Assembly (NCBI GenBank): GCA_965113315.1
Contig: OZ220368.1
Reading direction: 5' to 3' (one strand)
Length of the DNA: 63,852 nucleotides
Source: Podarcis vaucheri
Taxonomy: Eukaryota
Numbering within the stretch: the first letter of the stretch is position 1; the number at the start of each line of letters is the position of its first letter. Shown here piece by piece: positions 25,776-40,030 of this stretch. The notes under the pieces were generated by a model, which ran no database searches, was not told the DNA's origin, and saw nothing but the letters and a program-made list of their open reading frames with translations. The position numbers and the translations under genes are program-made.

Positions 25776-28700
25776 GTACAGGCAACGGTGCATCATAACA
25801 AAGCCATCCGTGAACCGCGCTTTGCTTGGTTATAAGTAGCAGTCACGTTGCAATTCCATAGCAATAAGAAGACTTTTTAAAAAAACCAACAACTGGTCTT
25901 GGGGTACAATTGTATCCTTAGTTGGGCTGGTTATTTACCATTATGTATGCAACTTTCTAGTGCTAAAAACAGATTCTGTACAGAAATGAGACTGCACATC
26001 ATCTTTATATAAGTGAAGAGTAGAACTGAAGCAAATAAAGCACAGAATTTGTTTTATTCTTTACAGCATTTAAGGGATAAATTTCCCACTTGTCTGATTA
26101 TCATTTAGGCATTGTGAGTAGTAGCACACAATGGCTTTAGAGTTCCACTGTCCAGAATGCTTAGAATCGACTATTTGTTTTCACTCACCATTTATTATTC
26201 CAAATTTGCTCACACATGATTACTTCCTACTGAAGTTGCTACTGCTTATAATTTAACTGTGTGTCACTGGTTGTCATTTATGGATACGTTGCTGTGTATT
26301 GTTATTGATTTTAAATTGTAAGCCACCTAGAGGGCTCTTTCTGAGTAAAACTGACAGGATATAAATCCAAAATATAAATAAGTAACAAATGAAATAATGA
26401 CCTGCCAGAAGAACCTCTAGCAATGCTCTAGTGCAGAGCAGAAGAGCTAATCTGCTTATGACATGCGTATCTTGTCTGTCCTGCTCCTACAATGGAAGAG
26501 TCTTTAGCGTTGGTCCCCAATGTGCTCAAGATGCACAAGGCACAACACTTGATTCTTCAATATAAAAAAATCTCCAAAAACTGAATTATGCTCTACCTCT
26601 CACTTGGTGCAGAGACCTATCCAAGGCTGTAATGGCCAGAACTCAGATGAGTGTTTACAGTGTTTGTGGGTAATATAGAGAGATTTGGTAAAAAATACAG
26701 TCTCTAGTTAAAGACTAAAAAAACCAGCAGTTTTTGTTAATTACTTTTCCCACAACATATACCAACCTCTGGCTGAGCTCATTCACCTGCTTTGCCTAAA
26801 GTGTTGCTTGCTCCTTCCTGGATAAGGAGTAACTCTCCCCCACCCCCACCCCCCAAAAGCAGCAATAAAAGTGTTTTAATGCTGCCAGGCCTCACACACA
26901 TTTCCTGGGAACAGCTCTTGGCAGTGTTTGTTTCCTCAGCTGCCGAAACATCCCCAAACTAGCATCAAGAGAGCATAGTGGCACGGATGTAGCTTTCCTT
27001 TAAAAATGGCTTGGGGAAAAGCAAACTGCCTTGACTCTTTTAAAAAGAAAGGGCAAAAGGAAAGGATCGCTGTAGTCAACCTTTGATGGCTAATGTTTGT
27101 TGGAATTAGTTATTAAATTGCATTGTTCTATTACCCTGTTGCACTATAAACGATCAGGTAAAGATGAATTGGATTAGTAATGTTCATGACTCCAGGTTGA
27201 TGGAAAACTAACCTGACCACAGAAAAATGCAAAGTCTGGTTTTCACTGGCTGCTATGAAATAACTTAATCAGGATCATGGGATTTATAAAATACACACAT
27301 AGGTCTTCAGTGTTTGAGGCCATGCATATGGATCATTGTAGTAGAGCTGCCACTCTAAAGTCATCTTTCACGCTGTAAGAAAACAGAGCCTAGGCTGCAA
27401 GTCTGCATCCCAACTGCTTGTAGTCATCTTTACTAACACACCAAGGAGGAGACTTTAAGAGGGGGCTGTATAATTTTATGGCCATTAATATTTTGTGGTA
27501 CTGCTGCATGCCAAGGTGAAAGTCATCAAGCCTGTGCCTCAGGGGGCAAGCTGGTTGCCTGCAAAAGGATTTTTCCTCCTGTAAACAGCACCTCAGAACT
27601 TGGCTGAGAGCACTACACAAGTTCCCCTTTGTGCCTCCATCACACAGTGGATACAGCTGGAAAGAGGATCCCATATCCAAGCTGCTATGGCAATTCCTCC
27701 AGTTCTGTGCCAGCCTAATGTTCAGCAGGAGGCGTGCATGCATTTGTGTGCTTGTATGTGGAAGGCTGCCATACAAAGGGAAATTTGCAAGCAGAGGCTT
27801 AGCAATCATTGGCGTAATTTCCATGAAGGTGGCTCAGGGGAATTTTTGTTCATGTAGGGAGCGAGGGAAAACAAAAAAGGAAAGAGGGGAATTAAAGTAA
27901 TCTTGAATCACTAAACAGGTTCACATCACTGGATCAATAAGCACCACTGACAGGGATCACAGTCACATTGCAATTCTGCCAATAACAGAGGAAGGCGGAA
28001 AAGCTGAGGGGACGACTTTTCTAAAGCAGCCGAGCATGAAGTAGTCAAGTTTGGTAAACAACCCAGAGCAATGTCCCCATTTAAAGGCACTGGTGGAAGC
28101 AGCATGCCTTGCTGTCCACTGATTTAAATAACAATGCACTCAAACTTGATAGAAAAGAGTCATGGGATAGCATAACAAGGCCTGTATTTTATAAGCCAAA
28201 CCTGCATGCTCACTGCAAACTAATTTTTCATATAGGCCAGGAAGACGGAAGAAAATCAGTGTTAATTTAATCAATTGATCAGGCTATTGATTACAAAACT
28301 GGAGCTGCTAGTTAGCCATCTGCAGTAATTCTGCCTGCTTTTGAGGGCACAGCACACAGCATCGATTTCTTCACCTGCTACACCAAAATAAAAACAGGAA
28401 TGCACTTTCCAAGGAAGGGGGGGGGTGAAGCAGGATGGTATCAAGCCTGTGGTCCAAAGAGAGGAAGCAAGTCACTAAACACATGTAGCCAGAAAACAGG
28501 GGCAGCACAGTGTCTTGCAAGTTTCAAACTGAAATTAGTTACAGATGCAGTCACGGTGTCTTGTGTAAACGCTATCGATTGGGAAGCTGACAGTCTTAGG
28601 AGCCTCAATGCTAGGACAATCAATCCGGCAGCAGTGTCACCTGCCACTTTACTGAATAGTTGACAATGCAATTATCCAGTGTGGAGGCAGGGAGTTGGCG

Positions 28701-31700
28701 TGTGTCAAACGCAGTTAACCACTTTCTGGGCACTACTCGATAATGTGTTTCACCGCTTGGTGCAAGAGACGACATGCAAAGACAAGAAGCAGTTTAAAGT
28801 CATTGAAAAACCACACTTCCCCTCTTTGGTGGTGGAGGAGGTGGAGGAAGGAGGAGTAAGAGAAGAGTCCCACTGCCCCAACTTAACAACTGTATTTTTA
28901 AATGCTATTAAAATTGCGTCAATCAATATCTTGACAGCTGAAGCTGAAGGGCAACCCCAAAGCTCACAGGAGAAGCTGTTTTCAAGGCAGATGGCTTTGC
29001 AGGGGGAGGAGAGGGGATAAGGAGAAAAAAATGACGGACTAGAACCTTCATACCAAGCATGGGGGTGCACACGTACACAAAATATTGTTTCAGTAATGCT
29101 GTGAGAACCAAGAGTAGATTAGCTCATGCCTGCTAGTCCAACAGCCAAGAAAATGTACATTAAAATGTATGTTCTCAACTTGGAACCTACTCAGTTTCCA
29201 GCATGGAGTACTTTTAAATGTCACCCCATTACCCTAGATTCCTCCTGCCAATTTAGTGCACCTAACAATCAAATTTTGTCCCCCGACAGCCGGTTAATCT
29301 CTTCCTCCCCTGTTGCAGCAACATGAGGGCTATGCTATAAAGGAAATGGTTTACTCAAATGCTGCATTTGAGTAAACTGAGAACAGATACTAAGATTCTC
29401 CTTAAACTCTTTCAAGTTTCAATAATCTTGCAAGCAAGAGATAAAGCATCAGTTATTCCCTTTATTTAAACTGCACTGTCTAATGAAATAGTGGTGCCAC
29501 AAGTTGTCATGCAATAGGCACCAGAATTATTTTCATGCAATACTTATCCTGCTTTTTTAAGGTTACAGGAGAGCAGTGAACCCTAGTTTAACCTTCCTGA
29601 ATATTTAATTGAAGCCTGTCTTTCTGTAACTTGAACTTATTCCTACTTATCCATCCCACAAGCCCATTATAAATATATTGCTATTATTCCTCACCCCACC
29701 TCAAAAAATACCACTTGGGCAACCCTGTTCATAAGCAAAATTGACTCACCTAAAAATAAGGTACATGGGAATGTCCTAGGTATACAGAAGTATAGTAGTT
29801 TCTAAATTAATTGAAAAAGAAAAACTGGGGTGGGGGTGGGGGTGAGCACGACAAGGACCTGTGAACTTTTAGGACCTATGAAGTTGAGTTTGTCAACTCA
29901 ATTCAAATAAAATAAAAGGAACCAGAGGGAGAAAGACAGGGAACCAGTTTGCTCACGCTGCTTAGTAGCTTATATTATTAGGGAAGAAAAATTGAGGCAC
30001 TACACAATAACTTTTCCCCCCCCAAGTATACCTTCTCCTTCTCCAGAAACTGTCCTCCCCAAAATAGGCAGCAAGAAATGGTACACAGATTGTCCTGAGC
30101 CCTTCAGAATTAAATAGCATAGTGGGGACGGCTTTAGGCAAGTAGAGAAAAAAGTGTGTGCTCCCACACTCAGAAAGTATTACAAGCTTTTGCCCTAGTC
30201 TGCCTCTGAACAGGAATATTCCTCTTAGGGGACAAAGATACATTACAACACATTAATGCTGCACGTCTCTGTCATTTTCATTTCAGATTCCCTATGCTTG
30301 TGTTGTAGTCAGACAATAAATACTCAAATATAAGTTTTAACATTGTGTTGTATTCTATCATGTTCATGAAGAAATGAGACCTCAAATATGTCATCTACGC
30401 TTTCAAAACTCCAGAAATTTGAATGGAAATGAGCAGGCATTCAGGAAATACACACTGTATAGCCTTCTGGGGTGACAAAAGCAACCAAGTGATCCTTTAA
30501 AATCTCTCAGGTTAAAAAAATTATCTTTCTGTATGGAAAGACAGCAAGTTGCTGAAGTAGAAAAACTTTCAATTATATCTTTCTCTTACGACTTATAAAG
30601 TGGTACAGAGCATGAAGGCTATAGCAATTTTTTCTGCCGTTGTGCTGTTGCCAAAAAAGGTCCTAGGTACACCAGAACTTTAGCAACTTGCCGATTTATT
30701 GTGGGGGGGAAACTTATACAGGATACTTCATTATGATTGTTATTATTATTATTAACTGAATTTGCATACTACCGTTCATCCACAGATCTCAGGGAGGTTC
30801 ACAAAAGAATGCATTAGATGCATTAAGTGGGACAAAGTGGTTGGTGGTAGCTACAGATTATACAATGTAGCAATATACATCAGAGTGTTGAACTATAAAC
30901 AACATTAAAAAAAATATTCCCAGCATTTCATGTACAGTATAAGCTACTTAGGATGTTGAGTAGTTTCTCTGCCTTGTAAACTAGAAATGTCATAAAACTA
31001 ATTTCAATAAAGTTTTGTATGTCGTTTAAGAAAAGAAGAGTATTTCCCAAGCACCGTATTAATTCTAAGGTTGGGTGGTTCATCAGGCAACCAGATATCA
31101 TCTTCCACTATGTGTGTGAATGAGCATACCACAAATCCTTAAATCCTATTTCACTAAACACCTCAAATACATAACTTTTCAAATACTTAAATTTTCCCAC
31201 TTGGTAGACTGGAAACTAGAGGAGTCCACTAATGCTCATCCTGCCTCCTCTTAGGTAACAGAAAGGTAGACCATGCCAAGACAGGGTTTGCTTAACTGTT
31301 AGGCATTTATGGTGAACTAATAATTAATATCCCAAATGAGAATAAAACTCTGCACTGAAAAGTTAAGGATCTGGTTCCTGAGTTCTGGTTCAGACTATTA
31401 CCCGGTCCTAACCATGCCTACTCTGAAGAAAATACTACTGAATTCAGTGGGGCTTACTCCCAGAAAAGCGGGGTTAGGATTCAGCTTTAGACAACAGATG
31501 ATATCATGCATTTGACTTACATAACAATTGCATGGGATTCCTCAGTTAGTGAAAGGCAAGGCTCTTAGGAAATACAATGGCTCTTTTCTCTGTCTTTCTC
31601 TTTCTCTTTTGATAGCACAGAAGCACCAAACATATTACATCTCCATCTTCTGGATTGTGTCGGTTTTACTTATCTTATTCATGGTGCCATTCTGAAAGAA

Positions 31701-34700
31701 ACTACAATTTGAATTTCTTTCCAAAGTGCGTTTTGTTCAAAAAAAACTCTCTGCGCTAAATCTACATCTTTAAAGTCACTACTGCTCAACGGAGAGGAAA
31801 GGGTTCTAAATTCTGCTTCAGAAATCCTGTGATGATTGCACAAAGTAAATTCATTCAGGTATTTCAATTTAATTTATCTTCTGCAGAAAAATACATTTCC
31901 TTGGTGCAGGACTATACAGTGCGGTATACACAAAAAGCTTACAACAGGAATCCACATCACACAAGGAAAACTGTTGCAGGCCAGATCAAGGCAAGCAAGA
32001 CTAGATTAGTTAGCAGTCTTGAGCAATTTCTGCCTTTGAGTGAAACAAGAGATAGCTATGTGGCAGGCACCTTGTAATAGAGAACATGTTACTTAGTGTA
32101 TGAATGAGAGAGATATGCACATATGAACAAATACATATTACAGTTTGTATCGTAAGGGAGTTTCATTCTATGGCATTTCATCTTTATCCAAGCAAACAAA
32201 GAAAAGGAAGTATATTGTGTGTGCACATTTGTGCAGCAGCAGAAGGGCTAGAAAAGATCTGTAAGGGCTAACAAGAGCAGAAATAACATGAGCATTCCTT
32301 TAGTTGTCTTTACTGGTTCTTGTTCAACTGTTCAAGACATATAGTGTACTTGTTTCTGAACTGATAAATTAAAAAACAAATTAAAATGAAATGTTGTTGT
32401 TTTTATAAAAAGAACAGCATTAAACTATGGAAGCAGACAGTCCGGGATATTTTTTTTAATTTGTTGGAGAAGGCAAAAGAGAGCATGTTACCAAGGAGCA
32501 ATATCTGAGACAGATTTTCAAAACTGGGAGAAGGAGAGAGACATTAAGGACGTCACAGATATGAAATTCGAAAGCTGCTCCTCTGACAGCTCTCCTTCCT
32601 TCTGCCAAGTCCATTCAAATCCATGGATAACAAATATTAGTTACAGATTCATTCATCCAAGGATCTGTACACACTACAGATACCTTTTATTTCCTGGTCA
32701 GTCCTCTGGGAAATCTCATTGTCTAATGCCACTGCCAGCTCTCTTTGATATGACCTTAAATGCAACTTTAACTCAACAAACTGGATGATGGAAATCAGGC
32801 ACACGCCTGTTAGCTTTGCAGGCGCTCTCAAAGAAAAGCATCTTCCTATTTGTGCTCCAGAGGGGGAAAAACAAGAAAATGTAGCTAGTAATTTCAAAAG
32901 AAAGTAGGCGGGATGTCACCCTTTGTATAGTTTAAGATTCCTAGCAGAACAACTGTATGACATCCACATTTTGCTAGAGGCAGATTATTTCAAAATGATT
33001 AGAAAACAAAACAGCTTGAGTAAGATGAGACTATGCATTTCCATATGTCAAGTGCAGGGTTTCCATGAATGTTCGTATTATAAAACTATTACGTATCATA
33101 ATTGTATTTCCCCCTACCGTAGGAACAGACATGTGCCACTCCTAGATACCTACTTTGCATGCTTCTGGATTCTACACACATAAAAGTACAGTCACTATTG
33201 TTGGTTGTGGTGCCACTTCTGCAGTTTATTTTGCAAAAAGTCTGCTGTGACATCAGTGCTCAGAGCAAAAAGCATTTGAAGTTAAAGGGAGAAACAGGCT
33301 GTAAGCCAAGAGTGGGATGACAGCCATCTGCAGGAAATGCCAAGCAATTCATCTGACTCTTCAAATAGTCATAACAAGTGTAGGTGACAATACCATCTAT
33401 TAAATACTTTGCTCTGGCACAGAAGTTAGGTTCCTGAGCCAGTCCTGCAATCTCCAAATTAAGAAAAGGTCTACTAGATAAGGTCACGGGTTTGTCCAGT
33501 ATCCTGCTTCCCACAGAGGCCAGCCAGATGCCCCCATAAAGCTGAACGGCAAGATATGATCTCCCTACATTGTTGGCCCCAGTATCTGGTACTCCAAAGG
33601 ATCCTGCCTCTGGCCATGAAGGCTCAATTTAGGAGCCTCCCAGCTGGTTAGTAATCTTTTGACAAAGAAACTGGAACACCAAGAACGATGGGGTTTCTCA
33701 TTTAGTAGGAACACCAGCATCTTTGAATTGCTTGTAAGTGAAAGACCTTCCAAATTCAGAACATACCACACAGTTCCTCATAGGAAGGTTTCTAGTAATC
33801 ACTCTTCTAGGAAGCCTTGCATACTGTCTTTCAGTCATTAGGGCTTTGCCTCTGTGTATTATTTTCAAGGCAACTGAAATCCCCAAGAGTGTCAGATAGA
33901 CAGCTGGCCAGTTGTTGCTTTCCTTGACAAGGTGGTGCAGTGCAGGAAGGGCAAGGAGAGGCAACTTGACTACATTCTTCAAACCCTTCATATCTAGAGA
34001 GGACAGCAATCTTGGCTCTATCAGACAGTACAGCTCAGAGTTTAAATGGGACTTGCGCTCACTTGCTTTTCCTGTCTCTGTCTCTCTCTCTTTGAAGTTG
34101 CCTGGACAGCTTCCTCAAGCTGGCGTTATCACTCCCTCTAACCACTCTTGGCAGGCAATCTAATTCCCCCTGAAAAGGTCACCGCCATTTTAACTGCCTT
34201 TCAATCACATTAGGAGTGCTGCTGCTCGTGCCCGCATAGCTGTGCCTGCAGCTCTCCTGGCTGAGGTGCGATCGATAAACTGACATACCGTTTCACCCCC
34301 CCTCCGCCCAACTCCCCCTTTCCCAATGGCTCCCTCACTGTGCAGTTTAGACTCTTACCCCCCTCCCCAACACCAACTCACCTCCTTTGGCTAAAGGAAT
34401 GACACAATATGCTGATTGACCAAAAAATCTCCTAAAAGTGATACAACATAGGGGGAAGAGATAACCTATCATGCTTTAATCTACTTAGCCCATTTGCTCC
34501 AGCAAAGGGGGAGGGGGCTTGGGCTCTCTTCCTAGATACACAGAGGCAGCAACATCCTGTGGACCAGGCAGCTCAGACTCCTTTGAAGCAAGGTTCCTAC
34601 AAAGAGCAAGCCTGCCTCCAGCTCCCCTCCATGCAATCATTACTGTTATCTCTCTTGCATTCACCCTTTTTCCCTCACAGTTACCACTGCCGTGTTTTCT

Positions 34701-35624
34701 CCATCGATCCTCGTGTAAGACACTGTTTTAAGTCCGCTAGCCTTTTGACTGGGCTAAGCCGTTTAAGAGATGACAGCAGCCTCTATCAGCACAAAGCCAA
34801 TATGATTCTTTTCGGATAAAGCACTTTTTTCTCACCCGCTCTTCCTCCCTCCCAGTCACAAATAACAGTCGCACAGACAAAACTGCTAAGCTTTCAAAGA
34901 AAAAAAGGCATTCCACCCCCCACAACTTCTCTCTGCAATTCTTTAAAGGGATAACCTTGCAATGTAAACAGCTAGAGTAAATGAGTAGCTGTTCTTTAGA
35001 ACAAGTGAGGGATTGATACAAATGCAGGGAATTTAAAAGGGGGGGAAAGTGAGAAGAAACCCAATGCCTTCCGCATTTCAGCAAGTAGGATGCAGGCTGG
35101 AGCATTAGATGTAGAACACAAGAACAGTTCTTCATCAAGTTCAGTAGATATAAATTCAGGCCCCACTGACTGGGGAATCTCCAACAAAACTTTACGATGT
35201 TGTGAGATAAGTCTGAATTCTCCAACCTGGGCACAGTTTGCTGCTGTACTATGCCTAACACTCCCAAGTTTCAGAATCCAGAAATCAAAACTGCTGGTAA
35301 AGCACTAGTTGAACCAACCAATGTACGCCTCACCCCACCATTTTTTATATCAAATGTTATCATTTAAATAATAGTTTTTTAAATATCAGGCACAGTGTGT
35401 CCCCTAAAAACAGTTTAAAATTACATCTTAAATTATATATTCTCTTAACACTGAATTCATAACCTTTATTGAGAGACTGAATTAAGTGTACTCTTCTATG
35501 TAAAATAGTAATAATAGAGAAATGTGGTTTTTAGGTCAAGTATTACAAATGTCACAAATGTATCATGTATACTTACTATTGTCCAACCTGTAAATATTTA
35601 GATTGTCAAACAAAATGAACACTT

Positions 35625-35834
35625 AGGGTGGTTTTCAACTACCATGCCCTATCAATGCAAGGATTTCAACTTGTGCAATGGGACATTCCCCTCTTTCCTA
35701 AATCTGCTCCAGAGGGTGGGGGGAACCCATAGAATAAATTTAGGGTGTGTTCAGGGGGAGAAGGTTCTTTTGTGCAAGGAGAAAGTCTTGTGCTGATTGA
35801 ATGAGAGACTTAGTACTATGTTGGATTCCACCTT
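35625..35834. mobile_element. Old fold-back MITE-like element
   Basis: Ends agggtggttttcaac / gttggattccacctt are imperfect inverted repeats; the interior is also loosely palindromic. Confidence 0.45.
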
Positions 35835-38800
35835 TACTTCCTCTATGTCGTGGTGACATGCCGTTCTGTGAATAACCTACAAACTCACTCAAAAATTAAA
35901 ATGCACCTAATGGTCAAAAAAAGTTGGTAGCCACTAGGCTAATGAAAGTTGTAGTCCAAAAATATCTGATGACCACCAGGTTGAGGAATGCTGCCCTAAA
36001 GTATCACCCACATAGAGGTTTTGCTGTACCTCTGCATGATTCACCGTTCTAACCATGCCTCCTTCCAGTTAACTGGGGTGGGGTGGGGTGTAGTTCTGTT
36101 TCAGCTCTTCCTCAAGTGTTATTGTAGATGTTGTAGTCCCAAAACATCTGCAGGGCCAAGTCTGCCTATGCCTGCACTAACCTAAATTCAAGGGGAGAAC
36201 ACATCAAGCTAACCAATTACTACAAACAGCTGTTTCTTACCTTATTGAAAGCGGAAACTGGTAAAGTGTATGGATTGTACTACCAAGTGCCTTAGACCTG
36301 TTTCTTAGGTCTAAGCTCTGTCCTCACAGCCCATCTAGCTCTACCAGGCCTCTTGTATCCCCACTCTCTCTCTCTCTCTCTCTCAATGGTCATGTTAGTA
36401 TGCAATGATGGCCATAAACCACATTTAAACAAATTAGTGTGAGCATGAGTTGCAGGCTCATACACACAAATCAAGCACTTCCCACTTCATTCCTCCCTTC
36501 CAGGTGCATGGAAACAAACCAAGAAGCATCTGATTCAGCAGCTGAACCAAAACCTGAACCCGTGCTCATGGTTGCTTTACCTCAAATAAACTATAATCAA
36601 GAAACAAAGAACTACCCTTGGCTTCTTGGTGGTGGTTTGTTAATGAGAAACAAGCCAAAAGAGCTGTTTGGACATGACACTAAGCCAGCAGTTCTGCAAG
36701 TTGTTTCCCAGCTTTGAGAAGAGAGGACCACAGCAGTGAGTGCTTGAATTGCATGCACAAACATACATCTATGAACATACTAATTCACGTATCTATACAT
36801 GCAGGTCTTGCTATCTGAACACAATGGGTCCCCAGGAAATCATTCATTAGGCAAGGAACCACATAATGAGCTGATGATTTCCATTATTTCCTATGGGATC
36901 ATTTCAAATCTGTGAATTGTCTGATCTCCCTCTCTCCCTGGTTTCCACCCCAAACTGCTGCAGCCAACTAGCAAAAGACAATCTTTCCTGCTCCTTGATT
37001 TGTCCCAATCTCTTTCTCTCCCTCCTTTCATCCCTGGTTTCTAATCAAAATGGCTGCCACTGACCAGCAAAACACAAATAAGCAAGGAAATGAGCAAACT
37101 CCAGCTATTTAGATAACTGAATGAGCCACTTGTGCAGCAAGGTTTGGGTGTAATTTTTTGTGTTCAGATGACTGAAATTTCAGATGGCAAGCCTTCCGAC
37201 AGCAGGACCTATGTGCACTTTATGGCCAAGTGTTGCATCCAAACATGGTCAATATATGTGAGCTCTTATGTTAAAGGTGAATTAGGCCTTAAAGGCTACA
37301 AAAGTTACTATTCCACTTTGTAAAGTGTGGAATTACACTTTTCAAATATATCCACTATGGAATACCTTATTCAATCATTTTTAGCATCATCTTCTAACAC
37401 TGCAACAATAGAACCCAACGCAAATAATAAAACAAGCCAATAGATTGATCAAGAAAACACTCCTGGGAATATGTGGAGAGTAGATTTTGCTTCTTTACAC
37501 ATATCTAAATGGCTTCCATTGCTCCTTAATTGACAAAGCCAATAAGCAAAATGATGATCCCTATCAAATGGCTGAGAAACTAATCCAAAGTATTTCGGGA
37601 AAGGGTACAAAACAGCAGTGAAAATGGCTGATTAGCGTCCATATTTCCACTTCAAAAACGAGACAGGGATAATTTACATTAGCTGCCTATGTTTGTCATG
37701 CTAAGACTGTGCACAAAAGTGCAGACTGCTCAACATTCCTGGTTACGTAGGAACTTAACTGCTTCTGGCTCCCAGACCTCGGGGCACATAGGAAGACCAA
37801 TTCCATAGGCTTAGCCAGGGTCTGAAAAGTTAACACATTCCTGCAGCAGTCAAACAGCTGAATGAGAATTATGAATAAAATTTGTGGGTGCAAGGAACCC
37901 ATGGGACAGCAAAAAATTATTTGTCTACTGCAATTCAGTAGACAAAATTCTGAATATATTGGTAGCTAAAAGAATATACTTTCCCCATACGGCTGAACTC
38001 CTGAATATCTGTCATGGTGCTGCTTACCTCTCAAGTCTCATTTATCTATTTTTTGTACAGATTTATCCATAGACTAAAGTGTGAAGGAAAACAGGAAAGA
38101 AAGAGCATCATTTATAAGCCCCAGTAACTCATGCATCTTTTAAGCCTGATTTCCTTTCCCAGTGGGATTTTCCTTGGGATATTTTAAATTAGAATCCAGA
38201 GCAATCTATGAAAATACAAGAGGATGCCAACTTTTACTTTGATGAGGCAATGTACTAGATTCTCTGGTCAAGGAAGGGTGGAACACTGTTTCTACAGAAT
38301 CACAATGTTCACACCAGACAGTTTAGTCAATTCTGACACAGAGCAAAAGGCTGAATGTAAGAAAGGAGTCAGGTGCACAGCTAAAATTACATTCACCAAT
38401 AAAACTCACAAAGGTCACATTTTGCCATAACTCATTCTCTCTTTTGCAGCCGATTTTCCTGTCACAGGGGAAGGAATAGAAGGAGGAAAAATAAGATGTG
38501 TTTGTCTGGGAGCCCTGAGGGCTGCAGTGCTGGAGGTGTATGGCAGGTTGCTGAATTCTCATTTATCAGCCTTAAAAAAGATGGAGTGATAAATGCATAA
38601 CCGGCCCTTTAATATTTTATGCAGGTGCTAAAGTGACTTAGCTGTCAACTTCCATACATCACCAGTGGCTGATAAACCAGCTTTCGTCACTCCAGACTGG
38701 GGCTTTTTACAATTTCATTCTCCACTTCCATTTTTTAAAAATATGCACAATATTGCTGAAACTGATTGTCCTGTAGCTGCTCCTGTTGTCTCCCAACTTT

Positions 38801-39520
38801 GGGCCACATTTCCTCCTCAAAGGCTAATTTAAGCAGGGTTTTACTCATAACTACTATTATTTTATGCTGTTTTCTTAGCCATAGGAAAATAAATATTGGT
38901 GCTGGCAGAAGTGCAACTTCCCACCTACACTGAGAAGCAAGCACCTGGCCAGTTACACAGTTTAAAAAACATTCAATGGCAAATGATGCAATGAATGGGA
39001 AAAAACATTTTTCCTCCTGACCATGTCAGCAAAGTCACTTCCCTTAAGCAATCTCTAACAGTTAAGAATTACAAAGGGAAATTTACAAAAGCAACTTTAC
39101 TATCTTGATCTTGTAAGGTATGATTGCTTTTTGTGAATGCATTTTCTGGCAGGAGACAAATAACATAAAATTTCTGTTAATGTTAATACCACAGATCATT
39201 ACTATGATGAAAGCCAACTCTCTGGATGAATTTATATCCATGTTCCTTTAGTCACAAATGCATGACAAGCTGCTTCAACCGTCATCAGCATCCACATATT
39301 GTCATTGTGAAGATATTATGTCTGTCACGGGAATAACTTTTGGGGGTATACTTGCATGAACAAAAACTGCTGAGGGAAAGAGCCCTTAGCCTGGGCTACA
39401 GTTTGGAGGGCAATAGCTCCAATATTAGCAATCTGTTTTGTTCTTGGGATGATAGGGAGGGGATCTGGGCACTGTTCAGTCGGCAGCACATCTCAGCAAT
39501 CCCCACAATGCCCCTCTTAC

Positions 39521-39653
39521 CTCTGAATCCCCCTTCCAGGAGAGTAGTGGCACGTATCCTCTTCTGCCCGCACCATTCATATTCTTCAAAGCGATTACCA
39601 TTTTCATTTTCAATGTCCACTGCATCATCCTCCATCATGCATGAGCCTTCCCT
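39521..39653 (-). CDS. RNF220: RNF220 exon REGSCMMEDDAVDIENENGNRFEEYEWCGQKRIRATTLLEGGFR, 133 nt
   Basis: cacttaatag|AGGGAA...TTCAGAG|gtaaga. Contains the hallmark EEYEWCGQKRIRATTLLEGGF motif of RNF220. Confidence 0.97.
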
Positions 39654-39869
39654 CTATTAAGTGAAAAGAATAAAGCACCAAGCATCAATTCAGTGTCCTG
39701 GGTTAAAAACTGTGCTAGTAGGTAGTATTCCTGTCAATGCATGCTGTCTAGAGAAAGCTGAATGGTGGACAAAGTGGCAAGCACATGTCAACACAGGGTA
39801 CTGGCAACAGCTAACGAAGCAGGAAAAAGAATGTCATCCACATTCATTGCTGCTTACTGAGTGCTCACT

Positions 39870-40030
39870 TTATATTACTGGCTCCCCCAAGGTAGTGTGG
39901 GATGAGGTGAGTATCCCATTTAACCACAGGGACAGAGGCTGTGACATTATTGCCCAAGGCCAAAAACTAAATTCATGGCCAAATTTGAATTCAAGACTTC
40001 CCAATTCAGTTTTTGACCAAAACTATACTT
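39870..40030 (-). mobile_element. Decayed MIR/CORE-like SINE
   Basis: tatcccattt...gacagaggctg...ttgcccaaggcc...tttgaattcaagacttccc resembles the reverse complement of a CORE-SINE head and core. Confidence 0.4.

Noticed and set aside
26322-26340. CTCF-like CCACCTAGAGGGCTC
   Set aside because: Part of an L2 3' tail (tgtaagccacctagag...aaataaataa), so likely coincidental.
29826-29843. G-quadruplex candidates (also ~26836-26854 and ~36075-36089)
   Set aside because: Only three clear G-runs each; common low-complexity sequence with no supporting context.
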